From: a virus
Lineage: Duplodnaviria > Caudoviricetes
IMG/VR virus record: IMGVR_UViG_3300032226_000477
Coordinates: 1 to 28,563 of that record
DNA length: 28,563 nt
Strand: one strand, 5' to 3'
Shown here: positions 8,005 through 18,400 of the stretch, piece after piece
Layout: each line of letters opens with the position of its first letter
Numbering within the stretch: position 1 is the first letter of the stretch
Notes under the pieces: model-generated
The model's input: only the letters and a program-made list of their open reading frames with translations
What the model was told of the DNA's origin: nothing
The model's database searches: none
Program-made: the position numbers and the translations under genes

Positions 8005-8321
8005 TCACCGAAGACCTGGATCTGTTCTTTGCCGATTTTGGCGTCAGCTTTACCGCTGGCGCCATTTCCGGTATGTGCATCAAAGATATGTCAGGTTTTG
8101 GCATTCTTGACGATCGCATCGTAGATCCAGGTCACGTAGTTTTAGTTAAAACATCTGCGTTCAATAATCTTTTTTCAGGCATTAGTGCAACTGTTGCTGG
8201 TCAGCCTTTTTTAATAAAAGATGCCATGCCTGTTGAGGATGGCGCATTTTCACTTGTTACGCTAAAAGGAATTGATCTACCAAGCGCTCCGGTATCAATC
8301 TTGAATGGCGATTTTCTATGA
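8001..8321 (+). CDS. Head-tail connector, gpFII-like, with C-terminal extension ending ILNGDFL
   Basis: EDLDLFFADFGV start and DGAFSLVTL near the end match FII-like head-closure proteins; GTGA/ATGA overlaps with neighbours. Confidence 0.7.
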   Translation: MITEDLDLFFADFGVSFTAGAISGMCIKDMSGFGILDDRIVDPGHVVLVKTSAFNNLFSGISATVAGQPFLIKDAMPVEDGAFSLVTLKGIDLPSAPVSILNGDFL

Positions 8322-11300
8322 CTACCTATCAAACGCAAACTTATAGATTTCGGCAGCTATTTAGCACTTTAGCAGCAATCACAGCCAGTAACCCAGTATT
8401 ACTGGAAGGAGAAAAATGGCAAGAAAAAGATGCAGTTACTGGTTTATTTACTGGTCGCACTAAAACGGGTAAAGATGGCGTAGTCACAGGCACCGCACCC
8501 AATCAGACGATCACCGGCACGGCGTTCAACGATCTGCCGTTTGATCCCGCCGCCGGCGGCGGCGCCACAGACGCGCAGCTTAGGGACCGGGCCACACACA
8601 CCGGCACCCAGCCAGCGAGCACGATCACCGGCCTATCCCCTGCGGCCACCATTGGCAATACTCTAAATTCTATTATTGGCCTGCAGTCAGCCCCTCAAAC
8701 AGGCGCGTTTCTTGTCAAGCAATACTATGTCAATCACAATGAAGCAGCCATAGCGCTGCCATCGCCGCTCGAAGCCGGACCCGGCGGCGGCCCGTTCCAA
8801 TGGGAGCCTGATCTCCCCAGGTCGTTACACGATGGCGGCCTGTTCATCTCGCCGACCGTCCCCTATGACGGAACTAGGGCCAGCCTGGTGAACTTTCTCG
8901 GCAAGGTCGGAGAAACGGCCCCCAACGCTAACGGCGTGTGGCGGCGGGTCTTCTCTGGCAATGTCATGGCGGATTGGTTTGGTTGCGTCAGCAACAGAAT
9001 TGCTGACGACTACCCGTCAATCCAAAAAGCCCTAGACGTTGTGTTCGAGATGAACAGCGTAGAGAGGGTGGGCAAGTGGTTCGTAGCGAAAACAAACGTT
9101 GTGCAAATTGCCGGCAACTGCCGCATCAAAAGATACCTTGAAGTTGGAGCAAGAATGATGCTCCAAGGGAGTGAAAATACTTTGGTCTACCCTGTCCAGG
9201 ATTCTAGTTTTGCCGGGGACTACAACGTAGCCGTCCCCCCCGTTATCTACGTGGATCCAAATTGCGTTTTATATCGACCAAACGACTACAACTGCGCCGT
9301 CGTGCTGAAAGGCGACGCCTCTAAGTTGGATGGAATTGTGGTCGATGGGTATGAGATGACCTTCGGGTCATGGTATCCAATCATCAGGATTGCAACATCC
9401 CCCCTAGGGGTTGGAGGGTCTTACGCATTTAACGGGGAGCTGTATGTCATCGACCCCAACGATCCCAAGCAAAACAAGCCCCTAGAGCTGGAAACGCTTG
9501 TCATACCATCGCACCAATACGGTGATGCCTGGTATGCAGGCTTTCAGTTAAAGGCAATGGGCGGCAATGTTACCGGCATTGGCTCAGGAACTTCCACTTA
9601 TGCGCAAATCACACCCGCCAACCCCTACCAGTGGGATGTTGTAAGCGGCACCATCCCTACCGGGTTTGCCGTATCAAAGTCTGGATGGGTTACCTGTAAC
9701 GCAGCAACAGCTGTGATTGGCAAGCAATTTGTAACGATTCGCGTAGCTGATGCTAGCGGTAGCACAGCGCAGCGAGACCTCGTTCTGGAGGTTACCGGGA
9801 AATACATAGAATTGCCCTTAGTTGGCATTCCTCCCGCTACCATAAATCAAGCCTATAAATATACCTTCAATGTCCTCAACAACGATGGCGTTGCCCATTA
9901 TTGGTGGATAGTTAATGGCCCCGAGGGCCTGGTGATGAACCGTACTACCGGAGAGGTCACCGGCACGCCCGCCGCCGACTCGTTCGGACAGTACACGCTA
10001 AAAGTGGCAATAACAAGCGCCACCAGTACAGCCAACTTTGAGGCCAATACTCTCATTGATGAAATCTTTATAGACTTCACGGTTGAAAATACCGCATACC
10101 CATCATTATATGGCAGCCTTTCAGATGCGGCCGTAGGGGTGGCTTACCAGGGGATCATTTACCCTGTCGGCGGAGTTGGTCCGTTTACCTGGCAGATTGA
10201 CCCTGCTCGTTCCACCGGGAACAACCAGGCCGGGTATCCAACCACAACGTCGCCTGCTCCGGGATTAACCCTTTCGACTGATGGCATCAGAGCGCTCATA
10301 ACAGGAACGCCTACAACGTCTGGGAACTTCTCGCTTTTCCTTATTGGCACTGATTCAACTGGGAAATCGGTAAGTGGGCTTATCAGCTTTTTAGGGAACA
10401 CATGGGCAGTGAGACCACAGCTGAAGACATCCTTGATCTGGAATCTTCCTGTCGCCGTCAAGGGCCAGCCATATTCTTATCAAGTTGAGGCTACTGTACC
10501 AGGCTGCACCTTTAGCGCAAAGGCATTGCCTTCCGGCCTGGCGATCTCCGCCGAAGGCCTCATTTCAGGCACTCCTCTTGGCGGCAGATATGCCAATGGG
10601 GTTGCGTGTGAATGGAGCGTCAAGATGAGCAATTTCACAGTAAGAAATTTTAGGGGCGCAGCAGGCGTCAAAATTGACGGATCAAGCAATGTCCACATTT
10701 TTGAAAACTTCTTTATCAATGCGTGTGATGTAGGAATTTCTTCTGACAATATGTTCGACTCACGGTTACAGAGTTTCTATATCTACAACACAAGAATTGG
10801 CCTGCAAATGAAGGGCGGAACTGCCGCTAATACCTACACTAACGGAAGAATTGAATACATTCACGAGCATGGTGTTACCGCCTTGTTTTCTCCAGACAAT
10901 GTATGGAGCACTGTCTACTGGGATACCTGCGGGTACGCTGCAATAAGCGCTGATCGCTCCGATTACTGGACAATGAGCGGCTGCTTCTTTTTTCGAGGTG
11001 GGCGGCGCGTCCCGCCAAGGGGCAAATACTATATGCCCGATAGTCCCGTGGACATTTCTACTCACATTAAAGCTATTAACTGCAAAGATTGGGTTATCGG
11101 CGCAAATAACATGGTGCGAGGATGCGACAACGGGGGGACAAGTTCAACTTTCTTTAGGAAGTACGAATCAAACGGCAGAAGGCTTTACATCCGGCCTTAT
11201 GCTTCCATTGTCATGGAGTTCTGCAAGGGGTTCAAGGTAACCGGCAATGGGCTAGACGGCTGCACAAGAAAGTCTATCGTCTCAGTAGAAAGCGAATATG

Positions 11301-12796
11301 AATTTGACTACAACGATGCCCTTTTGGGCGGGAACACGGTCCATCGAACGAACCAATTTGAAACCTTCTCGCAGAATGATCAACCCGTCATAAATTTACT
11401 GAAGAACCCTGCCAAGGGTGATTTCACGCCCGAAGGCACCGAGGACAATATAGACACTTATTTTCCTAACAATGTGCTTTTGCTTCAAGGAAACGAGTTT
11501 GCCGATAGAAGCGCAAGGGGCTTAACCGTAAACAATACAAACGTCACAATCAACACATCTGTTTACAAGTTTGGTACGGGCAGCTTCTTTTTTAATGGAA
11601 CAAACGCATTGCTGACTGTGGGTGTAGCTGACAACAACAACGTCGCTGCTCCGTTTTATTTTGGCACAGATGATCTGACTTTAGAGTTTTTGGTTCATCC
11701 GCTTAGGAACAATGTAAGTCAAACCCTGATTGACTTTGGGGCTACGTCTGAATCTGCCCCATTCGCGCTCATTCTTGACGCAAATGGAAGGCTAGCGCTA
11801 GCCAGGAATCGCAGCACAGGCGGACAAGCCATAGATGCCACCAGTACGCGCGTCATCCCGATAAATGCCTTCACTGAAATCCGTATGACTATAACCAGAG
11901 GTGTGGCTAGAGTCTATATTGATACTACCCTGGAGCTGACCATTTCGTTTGCCGGAAGGTTCATCATATCCGGGTTTAATAGACCAATCATGGGTCGCGG
12001 TGGGTTTACGGGGGCAACCGACTTTTTTCAGGGATACATGCAGCAGATTAGGATAACTAAACCTGCTTCCAGGTATGGGCAGCTATCAGCGCTGAGGCCG
12101 CAAACTCGCGCATTCAGCATTGTAAATCTTGGTTCCCTGCCGCCGGAAACCCTTGTGTATTCCCCTGCTGCTGCGGAAACGGAATTTTTCTTTGCCGACC
12201 GATCTAATTCTATTAAGCTGGGCCCCAGCTCCTCCATTCAGAAGCCAATCTATGTAACCAGAAGATCAAAGAACGACATCGTTACCGATCGAAGGGCGGG
12301 CCTGGGCTCCTACAGTGCGGGCCAGGTGAACCCGTCCTACTATATTTATCGATTTCAAAAGGCAGCTGAGACGGGGGTTACGGCCTACACATTCCAGACC
12401 TGTGAGTTCAGGGCATGGGCCGCACGGCCGGGCTACCCAGAGGAGCTGGATAGGATCCGAGGGAAAAAACTGCTCTTATGTCTTTGGGCAAGGTCTGCCA
12501 AGAAGAACTCAGTATCTTTGTTTACGCAGTTCTACGCCGGAACGAGCGGCAACAATTACAGGGTTGACGGGGGCTTTCACACTAAGTTCAACGTGCCTCC
12601 ATTCTGGAGAAAATATACATTCACCATTGAAGCCCCAGACCTGGATCTAACCCTCGTTGATCCATACACTTCCAATGCCTTATTAAAGTTCTACCTCGAC
12701 GACAAGTCGCAGACCTATGACGTGGAATTTGGGGCGATGTTTTTGTACGAAGATGATGGGAAGTTTGGGTTTACCCCAATTTATGACCAACCATGA
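8318..12796 (+). CDS. Large multidomain fibre/spike: Mtd_N-like N-terminus, pectate-lyase-like beta-helix, putative Ig repeats, LamG domain, CBM-like C-terminus
   Basis: NPVLLEGE...KTGKDG...AFNDLPF (Mtd_N-like); LRDRATHTGTQPASTITGL fibre repeat; WFGC...DDYPSIQKALD; about four Ig-like repeats (e.g. LPSGLAISAEGLISGTP); KFGTGSFFFNG...DLTLEFLV...GYMQQIRIT (LamG). Confidence 0.8.
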   Translation: MTTYQTQTYRFRQLFSTLAAITASNPVLLEGEKWQEKDAVTGLFTGRTKTGKDGVVTGTAPNQTITGTAFNDLPFDPAAGGGATDAQLRDRATHTGTQPASTITGLSPAATIGNTLNSIIGLQSAPQTGAFLVKQYYVNHNEAAIALPSPLEAGPGGGPFQWEPDLPRSLHDGGLFISPTVPYDGTRASLVNFLGKVGETAPNANGVWRRVFSGNVMADWFGCVSNRIADDYPSIQKALDVVFEMNSVERVGKWFVAKTNVVQIAGNCRIKRYLEVGARMMLQGSENTLVYPVQDSSFAGDYNVAVPPVIYVDPNCVLYRPNDYNCAVVLKGDASKLDGIVVDGYEMTFGSWYPIIRIATSPLGVGGSYAFNGELYVIDPNDPKQNKPLELETLVIPSHQYGDAWYAGFQLKAMGGNVTGIGSGTSTYAQITPANPYQWDVVSGTIPTGFAVSKSGWVTCNAATAVIGKQFVTIRVADASGSTAQRDLVLEVTGKYIELPLVGIPPATINQAYKYTFNVLNNDGVAHYWWIVNGPEGLVMNRTTGEVTGTPAADSFGQYTLKVAITSATSTANFEANTLIDEIFIDFTVENTAYPSLYGSLSDAAVGVAYQGIIYPVGGVGPFTWQIDPARSTGNNQAGYPTTTSPAPGLTLSTDGIRALITGTPTTSGNFSLFLIGTDSTGKSVSGLISFLGNTWAVRPQLKTSLIWNLPVAVKGQPYSYQVEATVPGCTFSAKALPSGLAISAEGLISGTPLGGRYANGVACEWSVKMSNFTVRNFRGAAGVKIDGSSNVHIFENFFINACDVGISSDNMFDSRLQSFYIYNTRIGLQMKGGTAANTYTNGRIEYIHEHGVTALFSPDNVWSTVYWDTCGYAAISADRSDYWTMSGCFFFRGGRRVPPRGKYYMPDSPVDISTHIKAINCKDWVIGANNMVRGCDNGGTSSTFFRKYESNGRRLYIRPYASIVMEFCKGFKVTGNGLDGCTRKSIVSVESEYEFDYNDALLGGNTVHRTNQFETFSQNDQPVINLLKNPAKGDFTPEGTEDNIDTYFPNNVLLLQGNEFADRSARGLTVNNTNVTINTSVYKFGTGSFFFNGTNALLTVGVADNNNVAAPFYFGTDDLTLEFLVHPLRNNVSQTLIDFGATSESAPFALILDANGRLALARNRSTGGQAIDATSTRVIPINAFTEIRMTITRGVARVYIDTTLELTISFAGRFIISGFNRPIMGRGGFTGATDFFQGYMQQIRITKPASRYGQLSALRPQTRAFSIVNLGSLPPETLVYSPAAAETEFFFADRSNSIKLGPSSSIQKPIYVTRRSKNDIVTDRRAGLGSYSAGQVNPSYYIYRFQKAAETGVTAYTFQTCEFRAWAARPGYPEELDRIRGKKLLLCLWARSAKKNSVSLFTQFYAGTSGNNYRVDGGFHTKFNVPPFWRKYTFTIEAPDLDLTLVDPYTSNALLKFYLDDKSQTYDVEFGAMFLYEDDGKFGFTPIYDQP

Positions 12797-12944
12797 CCCG
12801 CCTCGCCAATCAGGGGCAACCAGCTCGACCCGGCGGGGACTGAGCCAGGCGCCGATAAACAAGCTGGGATTACTTGACGCGCTCGCTGGGGGTGCCGGAT
12901 CAGCCTGCCTAGCCCACTAACCCCACCCTGCCTAGACTTACCCC

Positions 12945-13124
12945 ATGAACGACCAATCCCGAGGCGGAATCTACATCGTCAATCCCGAAACGGGCGAGGC
13001 GGAAGCGATCACGTCTGAACAATTGGCAGCCAGCCAGACCCCGGCCTCCGAGCCTGCGCCAGCACCAGTCAAGGCTGCCACCCGCAAACTCCAAGAGGAA
13101 GTGACCAGTGCCACTCAGAAGTAA
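12945..13124 (+). CDS. 59-aa small protein upstream of the tail tube gene (absent from the ORF track)
   Basis: Hand translation MNDQSRGGIYIVNPETGEAEAITSEQLAASQTPASEPAPAPVKAATRKLQEEVTSATQK; preceded by TAGACT-N6-ATG; overlaps the tail tube start. Confidence 0.7.
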   Translation: MNDQSRGGIYIVNPETGEAEAITSEQLAASQTPASEPAPAPVKAATRKLQEEVTSATQK

Positions 13125-14295
13125 GCAACGGGTTTTGCTTTGCAAAACCGAAGGCGCAAACTACGGCGTTGATTCGTCTCCGACTGGCGCGAATGCGCTG
13201 ATGATCAACGACGATCTTCAGCTTTCCCCCTTGTCTGGAGCTACCGTCCAGCGCCGCATTCTTCGCCCTCATCGCGGAGCGTATGAATCAGCAATCGTAA
13301 ATACTCAAGTTGGCATCACTTTCTCGGTAGAATTAGCTGGCAGCGGCGCCGCTGGCACCGCACCGGGGCTTGCTGACGCGCTTCGCGCTTGCGCAACCGC
13401 TCAGACTGTTACGTCAACACCAGTGACCGGCACTGCAACCGCAGGCGCTGCCAACAGTATTACTCTTGCCTCAGGCACTAGCGCGGTAAATGATTTCTAC
13501 TGCGGGCAAGTCATTTCAATTTCCAGTGGAACAGGTAGCGGTAGCTCCGGGCTGATCATTGCCTATAACGGCACCAGCAAAGTCGCCACTATTGCGCCTA
13601 TCTCGGCAACGTTTGTTCCCGGCGCGTCCAGTACATACACCATTGCCGCAAATGTTTCATATCGACCAATTTCCGTTACGGATGGCGTTGCGGACACATC
13701 TGCAACATTTACCTACAACATTGACGGGGTTCAGCATAAACTGTTGGGGTGTCGCGGCACGGCAACCGTGAACATGGCTCTTGGTGAGTTTGGCACAATC
13801 AGTTTCACGATGACGGGCCTTTACACCACGCCAACCGATACTGCGCAGTCCAGCTATACAATTGCCTACGCCAACCAAGCGGCGCCGCTTGTTTACCGAG
13901 CCGACAATGTTCGCGCTACTCGATTCTTCGGTCACGCCGGTTGCTTTCAAAGTATCAGTCTTGATTTTGGTAACAACGTAAACTACCGCGAGTTAATTGG
14001 CTGCACAAAACAAGTTATGATTCCAGACGGGCAATCCGGTGGAACCGTGGTGATGGAGGCAACTTCCATCGCCACCTTTGACCCGTTCACCGCTGCACTA
14101 ACCGAGGGCACGTATGGCCCATTGAGCAGCTTGATCTACGGCCCCGCCGGCAACCGCGTTTCGCTGGTAGTCCCTCGCTGCGACCTTGGCCAGCCCAGTT
14201 ACACCACCGTAGACGGCTACGAAATGCTCAATGGACCCTACACCGCGATCCCAAGTCTTGCTGGTAACGACGACTTTTACTTAGTCTACAGCTAA
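13108..14295 (+). CDS. Major tail tube protein with an inserted accessory domain
   Basis: KTEGANYGVDSSPTG, ITFSVELAGSG, HKLLGCRG, FTMTGLY, GPAGNRV motifs; lies upstream of chaperones and tape measure. Confidence 0.8.
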   Translation: MPLRSKQRVLLCKTEGANYGVDSSPTGANALMINDDLQLSPLSGATVQRRILRPHRGAYESAIVNTQVGITFSVELAGSGAAGTAPGLADALRACATAQTVTSTPVTGTATAGAANSITLASGTSAVNDFYCGQVISISSGTGSGSSGLIIAYNGTSKVATIAPISATFVPGASSTYTIAANVSYRPISVTDGVADTSATFTYNIDGVQHKLLGCRGTATVNMALGEFGTISFTMTGLYTTPTDTAQSSYTIAYANQAAPLVYRADNVRATRFFGHAGCFQSISLDFGNNVNYRELIGCTKQVMIPDGQSGGTVVMEATSIATFDPFTAALTEGTYGPLSSLIYGPAGNRVSLVVPRCDLGQPSYTTVDGYEMLNGPYTAIPSLAGNDDFYLVYS

Positions 14296-14299
14296 TGCA

Positions 14300-14743
14300 A
14301 TGGCTGATTCAATCCGCGAAAAAGCTGTAAAAGAGTTTTGCTCGCGGGTTGCAACGGCTGTTGGAATTTTGGGAGCACACCGCAGCCGCACCGAAATGCT
14401 GCAACAAGGCGAATTGCCTGCGGCTATCATTCAACAGCTAGTCGAAACACCTACGCAAAATACATCATCCTGCAAGGTTGACAAAAGGCTGCTTATTTCC
14501 GTGCTAGTTTGCGTTCACAACGAAATATCAGATCAAGCGGCTGATCCAATTGTCACCGAAATACACAAGCGGCTAATGCCGACCGTTGGCGGGTTTGTTG
14601 ATACGACCCTTGGCGATCTGCCCGGTGTTCAAGATGTCAGGGAGGCAGGCATCAATTTTAAGCCGGATGCCGCGGACGGCATTGTTGCACTGACTTACGA
14701 GCTGACGTACCGCCACTCCGTAGGCGACCCAACTGTGCTATAA
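14300..14743 (+). CDS. Tail terminator, gpU-like
   Basis: SIREKAV...HRSR...ELPAAII...ADPIVTEIHKRLM...TLG...YELTYRH pattern of gpU-like proteins. Confidence 0.65.
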   Translation: MADSIREKAVKEFCSRVATAVGILGAHRSRTEMLQQGELPAAIIQQLVETPTQNTSSCKVDKRLLISVLVCVHNEISDQAADPIVTEIHKRLMPTVGGFVDTTLGDLPGVQDVREAGINFKPDAADGIVALTYELTYRHSVGDPTVL

Positions 14744-14744
14744 T
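14736..14744 (+). promoter_or_regulatory. Extended -10 element upstream of the tail chaperone
   Basis: TGcTATAAT, 31 nt upstream of ATG 14776. Confidence 0.45.
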
Positions 14745-14775
14745 TGGCGGGCAACGCTCACCCTGCTCTCGGTCG

Positions 14776-15081
14776 ATGTTCAAAAAGCAAACTGGCGGCT
14801 CCTACTGGTGGCCTGGTGTAATCAGAACCCCCAGTGAAGCCACTGAAGGCGAATTTGACGAAGCGCAGGTCAGGCTGAAAATTAAGCGCATTGGCTTCAA
14901 GCAAAGCCAAGCGTATTCCGATGACAAAGAACTTCTCAGGAATGTCATCGTCGGCTGGTCCGAGATTGAAGAAGAGTTTAGCCCTGAAAAACTGGAAGAG
15001 TACCTTGACGATCAGTTTATTGGGGCCTCGTTTGGCCGCATCTATTTTGATGCGCTGCAAAAAGCCAGAACGGGAAACTAA
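14776..15081 (+). CDS. Tail assembly chaperone (gpG-like)
   Basis: Between tail tube and tape measure; ends in slippery G GGA AAC TAA. Confidence 0.8.
   Translation: MFKKQTGGSYWWPGVIRTPSEATEGEFDEAQVRLKIKRIGFKQSQAYSDDKELLRNVIVGWSEIEEEFSPEKLEEYLDDQFIGASFGRIYFDALQKARTGN
15072..15078 (+). other. Programmed -1 ribosomal frameshift site GGGAAAC
   Basis: X XXY YYZ in the gpG frame; the -1 frame is open from 15072 into ORF 15141..15422. Confidence 0.85.
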
Positions 15082-15422
15082 CGGACTTCGTTGAGCTTTG
15101 CCTTTCCGGCGGCGGCAAGGACGACGGGCTCAGCGAAGACATGAAGGTGCTGGGTATAAGCAAGATTGTTTTACCTAGATCCGCTGATGCCGAGCCCCAG
15201 GGGCCGCTAGAGGTATGGGATGATTGCTGGGAATCAGCAATGATGTTCCTGCGCCTCGGTCCTGCCGACTGGGTTTACGCAGGCATGGGATCTTGCGTTG
15301 GCATTAACAAGCAAACCCTCGAATGGTACATGAACGTGTACGCATCCGAAAACAAGCGCGAAATGCTTGACGATCTTCAGATTATGGAACGCCACGCCGT
15401 AAAGCTGATGAATAAGTCTTGA
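15078..15422 (+). CDS. gpT-like frameshift extension of the tail chaperone (DUF1799-like)
   Basis: EVWDDCWESAMMFLRL...W...G...GI...DDLQIMERHAV; -1 frame is stop-free from the slippery site. Confidence 0.75.
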   Translation, partial: LTDFVELCLSGGGKDDGLSEDMKVLGISKIVLPRSADAEPQGPLEVWDDCWESAMMFLRLGPADWVYAGMGSCVGINKQTLEWYMNVYASENKREMLDDLQIMERHAVKLMNKS

Positions 15423-15435
15423 TTAGACTAGGGCT

Positions 15436-18400
15436 ATGACCTCTAATCGCACGGTCAAGTTTGAGTTCCTTGTCGATGCCGATGCACGGCAGATCGATAG
15501 GTTTCACGATGCGCTCAGGCGCATGGGTGATGGCTCTGCGACTAGCGAGAAAACACTGACCTCGCTACGCGAGGAGCTGCAGCGGTTTGCAAGCATAAGT
15601 GATAAGACTGAAAATAATCTGCAAGCTCAGATTTCAGCGCTGAGAGGGGCGGCAGCTAATGCGGATTTAACGCGAGGCGAATATGTGCAATTGCGGCGCG
15701 AAGCCCATGCACTGCAGGAAGAATACAAACTTTTAACAACCAACATTGTTGGCCTTGATAGGACTTACAAGGTTGCAACGCAGAGTGCTAGGCAGTTCTC
15801 CCAAGAACAGATAGCCGCCGCCCAACGCACAAACAATCTCTATCTCAACAATTCCGGTCAGCGTTCCGCCGATGCGACTAATCGTGCTCAATTCTTAGCT
15901 GGAACCTCCGGCGCTGCAAGCGTATTCCCAGTTGACCCAACAAGTCAATTAGGCTTCCAGCAACGCATTGCAAACCTAAGACAGGAAGCAACTCTTGTTG
16001 GCATGGGAACAGATGCCTACAAAGAGCGTGCGCTTGCAATTAACAAACTTGAACAAGAATACCAACAACTTTCGCGGGTCGAAGATCAGTCAACTATTGA
16101 TAACCGAAGCCGCGCTGGCCGCAGGCAGCGGATCCGTGAAATAGGCAACGTCGCCAGCAACGTCGCCATCGGCGGCTTCTTTGGTGGCCCCGAGGGCTTG
16201 GCTGGATCGGCCGCAGGCGCCTTCGCTGGTTCTTTCTTCGGCCCTGGAGGCATGGTCGCAGGCGCCCAGCTAGGTGCCTCCGTGGGCCTTGCCGCTCAGC
16301 AGGCACGCATACAGGCAACCGCCGTAGCCGACATGGTTGCGCAGTTAAACCTTGCAAAAACAGCTCTTGCTCAGGTTTCGGCCAATCAAACGGACTACAA
16401 CCAAAAACTACAGTTTGCTCGTCAGGTTTCAACTGACTACAGCGTTGGACTGCAAGCAACAATTGAGGGATATTCCAAGGTAACAGCCGCTGCTGCTGCT
16501 AATGGTTTAACGCTGAAAGAAACTGAAACTATTTACAGGGGCTTGCTTGCTTCCGGTGTTGCATTTGGTGCATCGCAAGACGATTTGCAGTCAATTATTA
16601 CAGCAACTACGCAGATTTTATCGAAAGGCAAAATTTCCGCTGAAGAGCTTTCGAGCCAGCTCGGAGAGCGAATCCCAGGCGCAGTTGCCAAGTTTGCGCA
16701 AGCAACGGGCCGCCCGCTGGCGCAACTTGCCAAAGATTTGCAAGACGGCAAGGTAAACATTGCTGATTTCGTCAAGTTTGCAAGAGGGCAGCTTGATGAC
16801 TACGATAAAGCCGCCAAGTTAATTGGTTCTTCGCCGGAAAAAGCTGGTGAAAGATTAAATCTTGCGTTGACGCGATCAGGGGAACTTTATGGTACTTTTT
16901 TCCAAAAAGTTGGCGCTGGGTTCCAAGACGTTGGAACGGCTATTGTGCAGTGGGCAAACAATAACGTGGGCGCCTTGGCCCGGATCGCATCCGCTAGTGC
17001 ATTATTTATTAACGACTTAAAATATCAATTCAATCAATTCAAGGATTTTACCCATGAAGGAGTAACAAAACTTATTCCTGGTATTGCGCCGAGTAAGACA
17101 ACGGCGCAGCCGGGGCAGTACACGATCTCTCCTGAGATGGTAACTCAGACAAGGGAGCAAACCGCTCGAGAAGCGTGGAGAATTAAATTTGAAACGGAAA
17201 ATTTCTACAGTGGTTTCAATCCCACTCTATTCAACCAAAGCAAAACCAACCCTGCCCTTGGCGATCAAACCGCTGCCGACGACGAAAAAGCCAAAAAAGC
17301 CGCCGACACGGAAACCAAGCTACGCGAACAACTTGCTTCCGAGGAGCGCCGCCGCGCCGAACTGCTTGCTAACAATGCAATTCGCCTTGCGGATCGCGTA
17401 TTTGAGCATCAGCAAAACCTGATTCGCAGGCGTTATGAGCTAGAAAACTCCCTAATTGAAGCAACGCGCCGCGCACAGGAATCGGCGCTTATTGGCCCCG
17501 CACGCGAAGCCTTGGCTTTCGCTAACCGGCTCAAGGCTGTTCGTGAAGACGAGATTAGACAGATTCGCGATGCCAGCGAAAATACCGCGCTAATGCGGCA
17601 GGGTCTCAGGTCGTCGGTTGCTCAAGCGGCTAACACTGCTCGATACGCGGAGGTTCCGCAGTCGGCCGCAGGCGGCAGTCGTTCCGGTTTTCCTGAGTTT
17701 ATTAGTGCAAGCCAGATGCGTGCTTGGCTCAAGAGCCAAGGGTACGAACGCACAAGCGGGGACTTTACTAACAAGGGGCACCGCACCCCTAATCACATGC
17801 TTAACGCTATTGATACGGGCGAAATGGACGGCTCATATTCAAATGCCGTACAAAGAGCTAAAGACCTAGAGGCCCGTCTCCGCCGCACAGGTGCTTTTGA
17901 TGATCAACTGTTTGGCCCCACCCGTGACCCAAAAGGCCACAAGGATCACGTACATATTCCCACCCCCGGCGGACGCATCAGGGTTACTCCAGGCTTGGCG
18001 GAGGTGATGCAACTTGGCACCACCCTGTCCCGCACCCAACCCGGCGTAGCCAGCGGACTGGGGCGCCTTGCTGCTGACATGGGCGACGTAAGGATGTCGG
18101 AAGCCAACCTGCGTGGTGCTCGGGAACAGCAAGAATTAACCGAAGCCAAGATAGGCCCAATTTCCCAGCAAAGAGCAATTGCCGAAACCAATACTTTCAC
18201 CGAATCTTATCGCGCACAAACCAAGGTACTGCAAGATCAACAGCGGGAACTCACCCTGCGAAACGAGCTGGTACTTAAAGGCGTTCGCCCCGAAGTGATT
18301 GATCAGCAAGCAAGCCTGAACCAGCTCATACGTGATTACACGGAAACACTAACCACGCTTCAGGGTGAACTTGGAAAAATTGATTCAAAGAAAGAACCCC

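Noticed and set aside
8318-12796. Diversity-generating retroelement suggested by the Mtd_N-like domain
   Set aside because: No reverse transcriptase and no TR/VR pair are visible in the window. The 8286/19834 repeat differs mostly at C/T third positions, not at adenines.
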